Source of the DNA: Vulcanimicrobiota bacterium
GTDB taxonomy: Bacteria > Vulcanimicrobiota > Vulcanimicrobiia > Vulcanimicrobiales > Vulcanimicrobiaceae
DNA: 48,815 bases
Reading direction: 5' to 3'
NCBI GenBank assembly: GCA_003135555.1
Contig: PLCF01000015.1
Coordinates: 1-48,815 of the forward strand
Positions 20,082-30,994 of the stretch are shown here, piece by piece; within the stretch, counting starts at the first letter, position 1, and every line of letters starts with the position of its first letter. The notes below the pieces were generated by a model that saw only the letters and a program-made list of their open reading frames with translations, made no database searches and was not told the DNA's origin. The translations under genes were made by a program, and so were the position numbers.

Positions 20082-20555
20082 ATGCAAAAGATCAGGCCGT
20101 TCCTGTGGTTCGACGACAGTGCCGAAGAGGCGGTCAACTTCTACGTCTCGGTGTTCAAGAATTCAAAGATCGTGAGCATGGGGCGCTACGGAGAAGAAGG
20201 GCCGGGCACGCCGGGCACGATCATGAGCGCGACCTTCGAGCTCGACGGCCAGGAGTTCTTGGCGCTCAACGGCGGCCCGCTGTTCACGTTCACGCCGGCC
20301 ATATCGTTCTTCGTGAACTGCGAGACGCAAGCCGAGGTCGACGAGCTGTGGGAAAAGCTGTCCGAAGGCGGCGAGAAAAGTCGCTGCGGCTGGCTGCGCG
20401 ACAAATTCGGCGTGTCGTGGCAGGTCATCCCATCGATCCTAGGCGAGCTGCTGCAAGACGACGATGACGAGACGTCGGGTCGCGTCATGAAAGCGATGAT
20501 GCAGATGGACAAGATCGACATCGCAGGCTTGCAGAAAGCGTACGAGAACGCCTAG
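20082..20555 (+). CDS. VOC family protein (PhnB-like)
   Basis: [41 protein letters not shown]. Confidence 0.92.
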   Translation: MQKIRPFLWFDDSAEEAVNFYVSVFKNSKIVSMGRYGEEGPGTPGTIMSATFELDGQEFLALNGGPLFTFTPAISFFVNCETQAEVDELWEKLSEGGEKSRCGWLRDKFGVSWQVIPSILGELLQDDDDETSGRVMKAMMQMDKIDIAGLQKAYENA

Positions 20556-22303
20556 CTCCTCGGCAAACCACCGCAGCTTTCGGTGACGATCCCTTCGCGG
20601 GTTAGCATCTCGGCATAGATCTCCGTGACGCGCTCGATCGTGTCGGCTTCCTGCGGTGACTTGTCGGGGCGCAGGCGCACGATGCGCGGGAAGCGCAGCG
20701 AGTAGCCGCTCGCGTGCAGATCGCTCTTCTGGATGATGTCAAAGGCGATTTCGAGCACGACGGTCGGCTCGACGGGGATCTCGTGCCGCTTGAGATCGAG
20801 CCGTGCGTATGCCGCGCGCGCCTCGTCGGGTGGAAGCCGGTGCGCTTCGAACCACTCGGTCATCGCGGCGATCTCGAGGTCGGTCAGCCCGCTGTACGCT
20901 TTCCCGATCACGGCTAACTCGTGCCTGTCATCCTGAGCCTGTCGAAGGACACGCACGGCGAAGGTGTAGTCGGAGAGGACGTTGACCCGACGACCGTGCC
21001 CGCGCTCGACCGCGACGACGACGCAGTCCAGCGTCGCCAATTCGCGTTTGAGCTTGAGCCACGATTTGCCGCGCCGGCCGGGTGTGTAGGGCGAGTCGCT
21101 GCGCTTGAAGACCAGGCCTTCGTTCCCGGCCAGCCGCGAGGCTTCGAAGCGCTCGTGCACGACCTCGGGCGCAGCGCCCTCCTCCAACGCCGACCATGGC
21201 GCGGCCACCAGCGTGTCGGAGGTGCTCGCGAAGAGTTCCGCCAGCTGCGCGCGCCGCTCGGCCAGCGGACGATCGAGCAGAAACTCGTCGTCGCGCGCGA
21301 GCGCGTCGAACGCGACGTATTGCACCGGTACCTCGCGCAGCAGTTCCGGCGCGACCTCCTTGCGCTGCAGGCGGGCCTGCAGGTACCGAAAGGGCAGCAC
21401 GCGCCCGTCGCGCACCGCGACGATCTCGCCGTCGAGTGCGAACGAGCCCGGCACCGCGCGCAACGCCGCGACGATTTCGGGATACGATGCGGCGACGTCG
21501 TTGAGCGTGCGCGAGAACAGCGAGATGCGGCCGGGCGTGACGTGCGCCTGCGCCCGGATCCCGTCGTACTTGTGCTCGACCAGCCACGCCGCCGCGGCGA
21601 GGTCCTTGTATTCGGTGCCGTACGCGATCGGCGAGGCCAGCATGAATGCGACCGGTGCATGGTATGCGATCGTGACCCCATCGAGCGCGTCGTGCTTGGC
21701 CGCCAGCGCGACCGCGCCGAGATCTCCCGCCGCGCTCGCGGCGCGCCGTACCGCGCCTGGATCGCGCGCGAAGGCCCGCGCGACCGCGTCGATCACCAGT
21801 CCCTCGCGCAGCCCGATCCGCAGCTCGTCGGTCATGATCTTGATCACGTAGGTCGCTTCGAGCGGATCGGTGCACGCCGAGAAGATGCGCTCGCACAGGA
21901 CGCGCCGGCGCTTCTGCGCGTTCTTCCCCGCGGCGTCGGCGATCTCGCCCAGGAGGACCGCGAACCGTGCGGGCGTGAGTGTGTCGCGGAACAGTCCCAG
22001 GTCGTGCGAGGGCCGCACGAACGGCCCAAGCGCCGCGCCGAGATCGCCGGTGGCGCGATAGCCGGCCGACAGCGCCGCGTCCTCGACGCCCCACACGCCG
22101 GCGGCCGCCTCGACGATCGTCCGACCGCCGACCGCGAGGCTGCGTTCCTGCGCTTGCGGGAAGGGGTTGCCGGTGAAGAAGCGTGCTGCCGGCGCCAAAT
22201 CGCCGTCGTCGAGCTCGCGCAGATACTCGGCGACGAGTCCGATCTTCTCGAGCTTGCTCGCGGTTGCCGCGATCGCGGCGCAGGTCCGGGCAAAGGCGAT
22301 CAC
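20552..22303 (-). CDS. ATP-dependent DNA ligase (LigB type)
   Basis: [10 protein letters not shown] adenylation motif, [31 protein letters not shown]-terminal DNA-binding domain. Confidence 0.93.
   Translation of the reverse strand: MIAFARTCAAIAATASKLEKIGLVAEYLRELDDGDLAPAARFFTGNPFPQAQERSLAVGGRTIVEAAAGVWGVEDAALSAGYRATGDLGAALGPFVRPSHDLGLFRDTLTPARFAVLLGEIADAAGKNAQKRRRVLCERIFSACTDPLEATYVIKIMTDELRIGLREGLVIDAVARAFARDPGAVRRAASAAGDLGAVALAAKHDALDGVTIAYHAPVAFMLASPIAYGTEYKDLAAAAWLVEHKYDGIRAQAHVTPGRISLFSRTLNDVAASYPEIVAALRAVPGSFALDGEIVAVRDGRVLPFRYLQARLQRKEVAPELLREVPVQYVAFDALARDDEFLLDRPLAERRAQLAELFASTSDTLVAAPWSALEEGAAPEVVHERFEASRLAGNEGLVFKRSDSPYTPGRRGKSWLKLKRELATLDCVVVAVERGHGRRVNVLSDYTFAVRVLRQAQDDRHELAVIGKAYSGLTDLEIAAMTEWFEAHRLPPDEARAAYARLDLKRHEIPVEPTVVLEIAFDIIQKSDLHASGYSLRFPRIVRLRPDKSPQEADTIERVTEIYAEMLTREGIVTESCGGLPRS
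20926..20949. repeat. Dispersed REP-like repeat, copy 3, inside the ligase coding sequence
   Basis: TGTCATCCTGAGCCTGTCGAAGGA; read in the ligase frame as VLRQAQDD. Confidence 0.75.
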
Positions 22304-22346
22304 GGCGCCGGGAGTTCGCGCCGGGGCTGCAAGTGACCGCCGCGGG

Positions 22347-22370
22347 TGTCACCCCGAGCCTGTCGAACGG
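22347..22370. repeat. Dispersed REP-like repeat, copy 4 (intergenic)
   Basis: TGTCACCCCGAGCCTGTCGAACGG. Confidence 0.65.
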
Positions 22371-22377
22371 CGCCAGC

Positions 22378-22656
22378 GTGATCACCGCGATCGTTCTGTT
22401 GACCGTTGAGCCGGGCCGCGTGCGCACGCTGGCCGAAGAGCTCCTCACCATCGACGGCGTAACCGAGTGCTACAGCGTGGCGGGCCCGTACGATCTCGTT
22501 GCGATGGTGCGGGTGCGCGAGCACGAGGAGCTCAGCGATCTGGTGACCGAGCGGATCGCCTCGCACGCCGGGATCAGCGCGACCGAGACGCTCATTGCGT
22601 TCCGCTCCTTCGCCAAACGCGATCTCGGCCTGGTGTGGGACATCGGAACGGACTGA
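22378..22656 (+). CDS. Lrp/AsnC ligand-binding (RAM) domain protein, no HTH
   Basis: ITAIVLL, GVTECYSVAGPYDLVA, TETLIAF. Confidence 0.85.
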   Translation: MITAIVLLTVEPGRVRTLAEELLTIDGVTECYSVAGPYDLVAMVRVREHEELSDLVTERIASHAGISATETLIAFRSFAKRDLGLVWDIGTD

Positions 22657-22675
22657 TGTGAAGGAGGATGGTCCA

Positions 22676-23224
22676 TTGATTCGTTCGATCGCTGCAGGGG
22701 CATTCGGACTCGGCGTCCTGGTCATCGCGGCCGTCCCGGCGTACGCCGACGCCACCGGCGACGTCCGGGCTGCGATGGTGAAGTTCTTGGGCCTGTCGTC
22801 GTACGAGATGTCGTTCGGGACGGGCGCGCGGATCGGTACGGTGGATATCGTCAAGCCGCACAGCCGGCACGTGCGCATGGCAACGGGAGAGATCATCTCG
22901 ATCGGATCGGACTTCTACGTGAAGCGGGGGAACAGCGGCTGGACGAAGCTGCCGGCGGGCGCGGGCGCGGGCGCGGCCGGGGCGTTCGTAAACATGGAGA
23001 CGTTGGGACGGAAGGTGAGCGGCGCGACCGCGACCGACATCGGGACGAAGAGCGTCGACGGCGAGACGCTGCACGCGTATCGCGTGAGGGACACTGGCGG
23101 TCACGAGGTCACCGTCTACATCGCGCGCGACGGTTTCGTGCACCGCGTCGATGACGTCAGCGGCCCGGGCGAGGCACGCTTCAGCAAGTTCAACGCGGTT
23201 CCGCCGATTCGCGCGCCGATCTGA
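22676..23224 (+). CDS. Hypothetical exported protein (LolA/LppX-like)
   Basis: AAGGAGG SD, TTG start, signal peptide ending AYA-D, C-terminal FSKFNAVPPIRAP. Confidence 0.65.
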   Translation: MIRSIAAGAFGLGVLVIAAVPAYADATGDVRAAMVKFLGLSSYEMSFGTGARIGTVDIVKPHSRHVRMATGEIISIGSDFYVKRGNSGWTKLPAGAGAGAAGAFVNMETLGRKVSGATATDIGTKSVDGETLHAYRVRDTGGHEVTVYIARDGFVHRVDDVSGPGEARFSKFNAVPPIRAPI

Positions 23225-23268
23225 GCGCCCTGCAGGCACTTCCCGGCGCGAGCGGGTAGGCGTCGCGA

Positions 23269-24132
23269 ATGTTCGACGGCTTCACCCGCTCGTTGGTCGA
23301 TACGGGCGAGGCGACGATCTGCGTGCGTAGCGGCGGCAGCGGTCCGCCGTTGCTGCTGCTGCACGGGTACCCGCAGACGCACGTGATGTGGCACCTCGTC
23401 GCGCCGCGGCTGGCCCGCGACTTCAGCGTGGTGGCCATGGATTTGCGCGGCTACGGTGACAGTTCCAAGCCGCCGACGACCGCCGACCACGAGCCCTACT
23501 CGAAGCGCGCGATGGCGCGCGACGCGGTCGCCGTGATGCAGCACCTCGGCTTCGAGCGGTTCGCGGTCGCTGGGCACGATCGCGGCGGGCGCGTGGCGTA
23601 CCGCCTCGCGCTCGATCATCCGCAGCGCGTCAGCAAGATCGCGACGCTGGACATCATTCCGACGGGCGAACACTTCCGGCGCGCCGACATGACGTTCGGG
23701 CTGGGCTACTGGCATTGGTTCTTCCTAGCGCAGCCCTACCCGCTGCCCGAGAAGCTGCTGGGCGCCGATCCGGCTTGGTTTCTGCAAGGCCGCCCGAATC
23801 GGCCCAACGTGCACAGGCCCGAAGCGCTCGCGGAGTATCTGCGCTGCTTCCGCGATCCCGAGACGATCCACGCCTCGTGCGAAGACTATCGCGCCGGCGC
23901 GACGTTCGACTTCGCGCTCGACGAAGCCGATCGCGGGAGCAGGAAGATCAACGCGCCGCTGCTCGCGCTGTGGGCCGGGCGCGGCGAGGTCGGCAAGTGG
24001 TACGACGTGCTGAGCATCTGGCGCGATTGGGCCGACGACGTTCGAGGCCAAGCGATCGATGCCGGACATTTCATGCCGGAAGAGGCGCCCGACGCTACGT
24101 ACGACGCGCTCCGCGAGTTCTTCCCGAGCTAG
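23269..24132 (+). CDS. Alpha/beta hydrolase, haloacetate (fluoroacetate) dehalogenase family
   Basis: LLHGYPQT, DLRGYGDS, YSKRAMA, GHDRGGRV (Asp nucleophile), YWHWFF, CEDYRA, GHFMPEE. Confidence 0.88.
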   Translation: MFDGFTRSLVDTGEATICVRSGGSGPPLLLLHGYPQTHVMWHLVAPRLARDFSVVAMDLRGYGDSSKPPTTADHEPYSKRAMARDAVAVMQHLGFERFAVAGHDRGGRVAYRLALDHPQRVSKIATLDIIPTGEHFRRADMTFGLGYWHWFFLAQPYPLPEKLLGADPAWFLQGRPNRPNVHRPEALAEYLRCFRDPETIHASCEDYRAGATFDFALDEADRGSRKINAPLLALWAGRGEVGKWYDVLSIWRDWADDVRGQAIDAGHFMPEEAPDATYDALREFFPS

Positions 24133-25112
24133 AAGAAGTCGAGCTGCTCGTTCGCCTCAAGGTAGGTCGCGTCAACGCCCATGCGGCGCAGGCGGTGGAC
24201 GAAATCGCGCCGGCCATGGTTGAGCAAGACCTTGCGCGGTTGCGCGAGCTCGATGTAGAGCAACAGCGAGCGATAGTCAGCGTGATCGCTCAACGGGATG
24301 CACGTGTCCACGCCGTACCGGTACGGAGCGCTCGGGTCCAGCGCCCAGCCCGACAGCATCGCGGTCCGGGCGGGCTTGTCGCGCAGTGCTTTGGGCCGGA
24401 TCTTGCGCGAGGGTGGCCAGATCAGGGCGCTGGTGCCGTCGTACGTGCGCGCGTCGTACCGTGCGTAGGGCGGAAGCCGCACGCCGGTCGCTTCGTAGAC
24501 GCGTGCGATCGCGTGCACCGCCGGGTGCACCGTAATCGGGATGCCGGCCTTGCCCAGGATCGCCATCGCTTCTTGCGCCTTGCCCAGCGAGTACGCTAAG
24601 AAGACGGGCGCGTGGCCGTCCTCGAGCGCCTGGGTCGCGAACGAGACGAGGGCGTCCTCGACCTCATCGCGGGGTGGAAAGACGTACTGCGGCCGACCGA
24701 AAGTGCACTCCATGAGCAGCACGTCGCACGGCTTGACCTCGGGCGGCTCGCACGTGTACGAACGTGCCAGCTTGAAGTCGCCGGTATAGACGAAGCGGCC
24801 ACGCTCGCCCTCGATGAGCAGCTGTGCGCTACCCAGAACGTGCCCGGCCGGAAAGAGCGTGAGCGTGTGCTCGCCGTCGGACCACGGCTCGTTGAAGGCA
24901 TGCTCCTCGAACTCGCAGCCGGTCGCGGAGCCGCGGCGCTCGAAGCGCGACCGGCAAATGCGGGCGTTGGCCGGGGTGGTGACGATCCGGTCGTGCTCGC
25001 GTGCGTGGTCGCTGTGCCCGTGCGAGACGTAGCAGCGGGCGCGCGGGCGCATGGAGTCTATCCAGAGGTCGAGGTCGCTGACGTAGAGCGACCTCTCGGC
25101 CAGGGAGAACAC
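24129..25112 (-). CDS. MBL/beta-CASP nuclease (ligase-associated DNA repair exonuclease-like)
   Basis: [41 protein letters not shown]. Confidence 0.85.
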   Translation of the reverse strand: MFSLAERSLYVSDLDLWIDSMRPRARCYVSHGHSDHAREHDRIVTTPANARICRSRFERRGSATGCEFEEHAFNEPWSDGEHTLTLFPAGHVLGSAQLLIEGERGRFVYTGDFKLARSYTCEPPEVKPCDVLLMECTFGRPQYVFPPRDEVEDALVSFATQALEDGHAPVFLAYSLGKAQEAMAILGKAGIPITVHPAVHAIARVYEATGVRLPPYARYDARTYDGTSALIWPPSRKIRPKALRDKPARTAMLSGWALDPSAPYRYGVDTCIPLSDHADYRSLLLYIELAQPRKVLLNHGRRDFVHRLRRMGVDATYLEANEQLDFF

Positions 25113-25212
25113 GTCGAACGTGTGTTCGTGGCCGCCGGGCGACGCACCCTTTGCGGCCGAGCGGGGGTTTAGCGGGTCACCTCACACGCTAACCGGAGCA
25201 TCGAGAGAAATC

Positions 25213-26172
<960 letters not shown>

Positions 26173-26191
26173 CGAGCGCGCGGCCCCCGCG

Positions 26192-27217
26192 ATGTTCTGG
26201 GAATTGGCCGGCGTTGCGGCGGTCGCCGTGCGGCGCGGCGGGCGCGTGGAGTCGGTACATCAGGTAGCAGCCTGCGCGGCCGAGGTCGACGGAACGATCG
26301 TGCTCAAGATCGGCACGGTCCAGACGCCGGTGTTCTTGCGCTCGTCGGCCAAGCCGTTCATCGCCGCGGCCTCCGTGCGCGCCGGCGTGCTCGAACGGTT
26401 CGGCTTCGGCGAGCGCGAGCTCGCGGTTATGTGCGCCTCGCACAACGGCGAGCCCGCGCACGTCGAGCTGGTGGCATCGATGCTCGAGCGAATCGGCGCG
26501 ACGGTCGACGACCTCGGCTGCGGCGCGCACCCGCCGTCCTACGAGCCCGCCGCGGCGGCGCTGGCGGCGCGCGGCGAGCGGCCCACGCAGCTGCACAATA
26601 ACTGCAGCGGCAAGCACGCCGGCATCTTGGCGCTGGCGAAGGTTCTGGGCGCGCCCTTCGCGGGGTACCTCGAAGCCGGCCATCCGGCGCAGCGCGCGAT
26701 CATCGCGATGTGCGAGCGGGTCAGCGACGACGTGTTCGAGGGCGACAAGCTCGCGGTGGACGGCTGCGGCATCCCGGTGTACGCCACGACCCTGCACAAG
26801 GCGGCGGTATCCTTTGCCCGCTTTGCCACGCTGCGCGGGCTCGAGGACGCCGACGCAGCGGCGTTGGCACGCGTGGGTGCGGCGATGGCGGCCGAACCGT
26901 GGTACGTTGCGGGGACGGGCCGCTTCGACACCGATCTGATGCGTGCGAGCGGCGGCCGAATCGTGTGCAAGGCCGGCGCCGAGGGCGTCCACTGCGACGC
27001 CCTGCTCGACGCCGGGCTCGGACTCGCGCTCAAGGTGGTCGACGGCTCGCGCCGCGCCGCCGCACCGGCGACGCTCGCGGTGCTGCACGCGCTGCGCGTG
27101 CTCGAGCCGGCGGCACGCACGGCGCTGCGGCCGCACGCCGCCGTCCCGGTGAAGAACGTCGCCGGGCGCGTCGTGGGCGAGGTCGCGGCGCTGGAGGGCT
27201 GGATCCCGCAGGGGTAG
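26192..27217 (+). CDS. L-asparaginase II (Rhizobium AnsA type)
   Basis: RSSAKPF, CASHNGE, HNNCSGKH, DGCGIP, KAGAEG, KVVDGS. Confidence 0.88.
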   Translation: MFWELAGVAAVAVRRGGRVESVHQVAACAAEVDGTIVLKIGTVQTPVFLRSSAKPFIAAASVRAGVLERFGFGERELAVMCASHNGEPAHVELVASMLERIGATVDDLGCGAHPPSYEPAAAALAARGERPTQLHNNCSGKHAGILALAKVLGAPFAGYLEAGHPAQRAIIAMCERVSDDVFEGDKLAVDGCGIPVYATTLHKAAVSFARFATLRGLEDADAAALARVGAAMAAEPWYVAGTGRFDTDLMRASGGRIVCKAGAEGVHCDALLDAGLGLALKVVDGSRRAAAPATLAVLHALRVLEPAARTALRPHAAVPVKNVAGRVVGEVAALEGWIPQG

Positions 27218-27251
27218 CAACCCCGGGCACCCCGCGCCGGTCGAAGCCTTC

Positions 27252-30200
27252 GTGGTCGACTTCTTCCTGCACCGCCCCATCATGGCGTCGGTCTTCTCGC
27301 TCGTGATCTTGCTGCTGGGCCTGATCTCGATTCCGACGCTGCCGATCGCGCAGTTTCCCAACATCGCGCCGCCCACAGTGAGCGTGGTCGCGGTCTATCA
27401 GGGCGCCAGCGCCGAGGCCGTGGAGTCGTCCGTTACGACGCCGCTCGAAGAGGCGATCAACGGCGTGCAAGGGTTGCGCTACATCCAGTCCACGTCGGGG
27501 AGCGACGGTACATCGCAGATCACGGCGACCTTCAACCTCGACCGCGACTTGGATCAAGCGACCAACGACGTCCAGAACGCGGTCAACGGCGCGCAAGGCC
27601 GTCTCCCCAACGAGGTCAAGCAGATCGGTGTCAGCGTCTCGAAGAACGCCGGAACGTTCGTCGCCGCGCTCGGGGTCACATCGACCGACAAGCGCTGGGA
27701 TCAGGCCTACCTGACCAACTTCCTCGAGACCAACGTCGTCAACGACCTCAAGCGCATCAACGGTGTCTCGGACGTGCGCGTCTTCGGCGAGCGCAAATAC
27801 GCGATGCGGCTGTGGGTCGACCCAAAGCGTTTGGCCGACCAAGGGCTCACCGCCGGCGACGTGGTGACTGCGCTTCAGTCGCAGAACGTGCAGGTCGCGG
27901 CAGGAGCGATCGGCGCGCCGCCGACGAACGGTCATCAGGAGCGCGAGTATTCGGTCCTGGCCACGGGCCGTCTGCACGACGCGGCGCAGTTCGCGAACAT
28001 CGTCCTCAAGACGAATCCTGACGGCGGCTACGTGAAGGTGCGCGACGTCGGGCGCGTCGTCCTCGGCGCCGAGAACTATGCGGGCTCACTGTGGTTCAAC
28101 GGCAACGAGGCGATCGGCCTGGGAATCCTTCAGTTGCAGACCGGCAACGCGCTGTCCGTCTCGCAGCAAGTACGCGCTGCGATGGACCGGCTCTCGGCGA
28201 AATTCCCGTCCGGCGTCAGCTACAAGGTCGCTTTCGACACCGCCGAGTTCGTCCGCGAGTCGATCAAGGAGGTCGTGATCACACTGCTGATCGCGATCGG
28301 GCTGGTCGTGCTCGTCATCTTCCTGTTCCTTCAGGATTGGCGGACCACCCTGATCCCGGCGCTGACGATTCCGGTCTCGTTGCTCGGGACGTTCTTCCTG
28401 ATGAAGGTGCTCGGGTTCTCGATCAACACGCTCACGCTGTTCGGACTCACGCTCGCGACCGGCCTGGTCGTCGACGATGCGATCGTCGTCATCGAGAACA
28501 TCGCGCGTTTCATCCAGGAGAAGGGGATGTCGCCGCTCGAGGGTGCGCGCGAGGCGATGCGCGAGATCACCGGCGCCGTCCTCGCTTCGTCGCTCGTCCT
28601 GCTGGCAGTGTTCATCCCGGTGGCCTTCTTCCCGGGCACGACCGGCCAGCTCTACAAGCAGTTCGCGCTCACCATCGCCTGCTCGATAACGATTTCGCTG
28701 TTCTGCGCTCTCACGCTCACGCCGGTGCTCTCTTCACTGCTGCTCGGGCGGACCGGCCATAAGGAGCGCGGGATCTTCCGGCCGGTGAATCGAGTGATCG
28801 ACGCGACCCGCAGCGGATATCACCGCGCCCTGCCGCAGGTGATGCGATTCCGGTGGGCGGTGCTGGCCGTATTCGCGGTCCTGTTGAGTGTGACGGGCTG
28901 GGTCTACACGACGACGCCGACCGCATTCGTCCCCGATGAGGATCAAGGCTTCGCGCTAGTCAGCGCGCAACTGCCCGAAGGGACGGCGATCGACGTCACG
29001 CACCAAGTGCAGCGCGACATCGAGAAGATTCTCCACGCGCAGCCCGAGGTCTCCGATATCTTCGACGTGGCTGGGTTCAGCTTCACGGGTTCGGGCTCGA
29101 ACAAGATCACGATGTTCATCCGCCTGTACCCGTGGGCCGAGCGCCCCGGCAAGCAGCACGCGCTTGGCGCCGTGAAAGATCGCGTGAACTACCGGTTGTT
29201 CAGCGATTTCGCCACGCAGCATCCCGACGTTCTGGCGTTCGCGATCCAGCCGCCGTCGATTCCGATCGGATTCCAGGCCGGCTTCACCTACGAGCTCGAG
29301 GACCGCGCGAACCAGGGGATCCCGGCGCTCAATGCCACTGCCTTGAACAACCTGATCTATCCGACCTACATGATGAAAGACCCGCCGGTGCAAAGGGTCT
29401 ACACGACGTTTAGGACCGACAAGCCGACCATTCTCACCGACGTCAACCGCGACAAGGCCTCGACGCTGGGCGTCTCGCTCCCGTCGCTGTTTGACACGAT
29501 GCAGGTCTACCTCGGCTCGGTGTACGTGAACGACTTCGACATGAACGGGAAGGCCTATCGCGTCTACGTTCAGGCCGACACACCGTATCGTTCGCGCGTG
29601 TCGGACCTCGACAAGATCTTCGTCCGGAGCGCAAACCCGCTGTTCGTCAACGGAGCGCTCGTGACGCCGCCGTCCATCCCGCTAACGGCGCTGGTCGACA
29701 TCACAGAGGTCAAGGCACCCCCGACGATCACCCACTTCAACCTTTATCGCTCGATCGAGATAGGCGGCAGCCCGGCACAGGGTCACGGCTCGGGCGAGGC
29801 CCTTGCGACGATGGACAAATTCGCCGCGAACCTGCCGCCGGGGTACGCGACCGAGTGGAGCGGCGTCTCGCGCGAGCAGATCGAGGGCGGCGCCCAAGCT
29901 GCGCTGATCTTCGGCCTCGGGATCGTGTTCGTGTTCCTGGTTCTCTCGGCACAATACGAGTCGTTCGCCGACCCGCTGATCATCTTGCTGGCGGTTCCGC
30001 TCGCGTTGCTCGGCGCGGTAGGCGGTTTGCTCGTGCGGCATTTCTTCTCCGACGTGTTCGCACAGGTCGGCTACGTGATGCTGATCGGACTGGCGTCGAA
30101 GAACGCAATTCTGATCGTCGAGTTCGCGAACCAACAACGCGCGCAGGGGGTCGATCCGGTGACCGCCGTCGTGCGCGCTGCGGAGACGCGGCTGCGGCCG

Positions 30201-30482
30201 ATCTTGATGACGTCGATCGCGTTCGTCCTCGGCGTCACGCCGCTGGTATTCGCGACCGGCGCGGGCAGCGCCGCGCGTAACTCGCTCGGCACCGCGGTGT
30301 TCGGCGGGATGATCCTCTCGACGATCCTCAACCTGTTCATCACGCCGGTGCTGTACGTGTTCATCGCCGGTCTCGAAGATAGGCTCGGCATCGGACGCAG
30401 CCGCCATGCGCCGCCGGGCGCCAACGGTGCTACCGACACCGCCTCCGGAACCCCCTCGGCTCCGCAGCCGGTTCGCGTCTAG
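27252..30482 (+). CDS. HAE1-family RND efflux permease (AcrB-like)
   Basis: FFLHRPI, QFPNIAPP, GLVVDDAIVVIEN, ASKNAILIVEFA, RLRPILMT. Confidence 0.95.
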   Translation: MVDFFLHRPIMASVFSLVILLLGLISIPTLPIAQFPNIAPPTVSVVAVYQGASAEAVESSVTTPLEEAINGVQGLRYIQSTSGSDGTSQITATFNLDRDLDQATNDVQNAVNGAQGRLPNEVKQIGVSVSKNAGTFVAALGVTSTDKRWDQAYLTNFLETNVVNDLKRINGVSDVRVFGERKYAMRLWVDPKRLADQGLTAGDVVTALQSQNVQVAAGAIGAPPTNGHQEREYSVLATGRLHDAAQFANIVLKTNPDGGYVKVRDVGRVVLGAENYAGSLWFNGNEAIGLGILQLQTGNALSVSQQVRAAMDRLSAKFPSGVSYKVAFDTAEFVRESIKEVVITLLIAIGLVVLVIFLFLQDWRTTLIPALTIPVSLLGTFFLMKVLGFSINTLTLFGLTLATGLVVDDAIVVIENIARFIQEKGMSPLEGAREAMREITGAVLASSLVLLAVFIPVAFFPGTTGQLYKQFALTIACSITISLFCALTLTPVLSSLLLGRTGHKERGIFRPVNRVIDATRSGYHRALPQVMRFRWAVLAVFAVLLSVTGWVYTTTPTAFVPDEDQGFALVSAQLPEGTAIDVTHQVQRDIEKILHAQPEVSDIFDVAGFSFTGSGSNKITMFIRLYPWAERPGKQHALGAVKDRVNYRLFSDFATQHPDVLAFAIQPPSIPIGFQAGFTYELEDRANQGIPALNATALNNLIYPTYMMKDPPVQRVYTTFRTDKPTILTDVNRDKASTLGVSLPSLFDTMQVYLGSVYVNDFDMNGKAYRVYVQADTPYRSRVSDLDKIFVRSANPLFVNGALVTPPSIPLTALVDITEVKAPPTITHFNLYRSIEIGGSPAQGHGSGEALATMDKFAANLPPGYATEWSGVSREQIEGGAQAALIFGLGIVFVFLVLSAQYESFADPLIILLAVPLALLGAVGGLLVRHFFSDVFAQVGYVMLIGLASKNAILIVEFANQQRAQGVDPVTAVVRAAETRLRPILMTSIAFVLGVTPLVFATGAGSAARNSLGTAVFGGMILSTILNLFITPVLYVFIAGLEDRLGIGRSRHAPPGANGATDTASGTPSAPQPVRV

Positions 30483-30546
30483 TAGATCGTGGCGCGGCGC
30501 CGGAGCGACGACGCCGCGCCCGGGGGGGCGACAATAGTGAGTTCAC

Positions 30547-30987
30547 ATGGATAACGGGCGACAGTGGGTCGGATTCTGCATCGGCACCGAAACGGGTCCG
30601 CGGCTCAGGGTGACGTATATTGCGGCGACGGGGATTCCGGAGGAGGGCTGGCACCGGTTTCGGGTCGAGGCTGCGGTCCCGGGATTCACGGCACGCTTCG
30701 AATTCGAATCGCTGCTGGACGTCATAGCGGGATTTCGGGACAACGTCTTGGCGATGTCGGAGACGCTTCGAGGTGCGGCAGCCCTACGGTTCACGGAAGA
30801 AGATGTGCGCATTCACGGTGAGATGAGCGACCGGTTGGGCCACGTGCTATGGCGGATCGAGCTTCGGCACGGTGTTTGGGACCCCGTGACGCTGCGTTTC
30901 AATATCCAGGACGATCAAACGACGTTGCGGAAAATTGCTGCGCAGTGCAACTCGTTGCTCAAGGGCGCGAACGCTCGCCCGGTGTGA
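30547..30987 (+). CDS. Hypothetical protein, possibly WapI-like immunity protein
   Basis: Less GC-biased codons than neighbours; DRLGHV...F..DQTTL pattern recalled from WapI-like proteins, not verified. Confidence 0.5.
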   Translation: MDNGRQWVGFCIGTETGPRLRVTYIAATGIPEEGWHRFRVEAAVPGFTARFEFESLLDVIAGFRDNVLAMSETLRGAAALRFTEEDVRIHGEMSDRLGHVLWRIELRHGVWDPVTLRFNIQDDQTTLRKIAAQCNSLLKGANARPV

Positions 30988-30994
30988 AGCGGCG

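Noticed and set aside
10778..22370. The 24-bp repeats as integron attC sites or IS ends
   Set aside because: Too short, no R/L box structure, and no integrase or transposase in the window.
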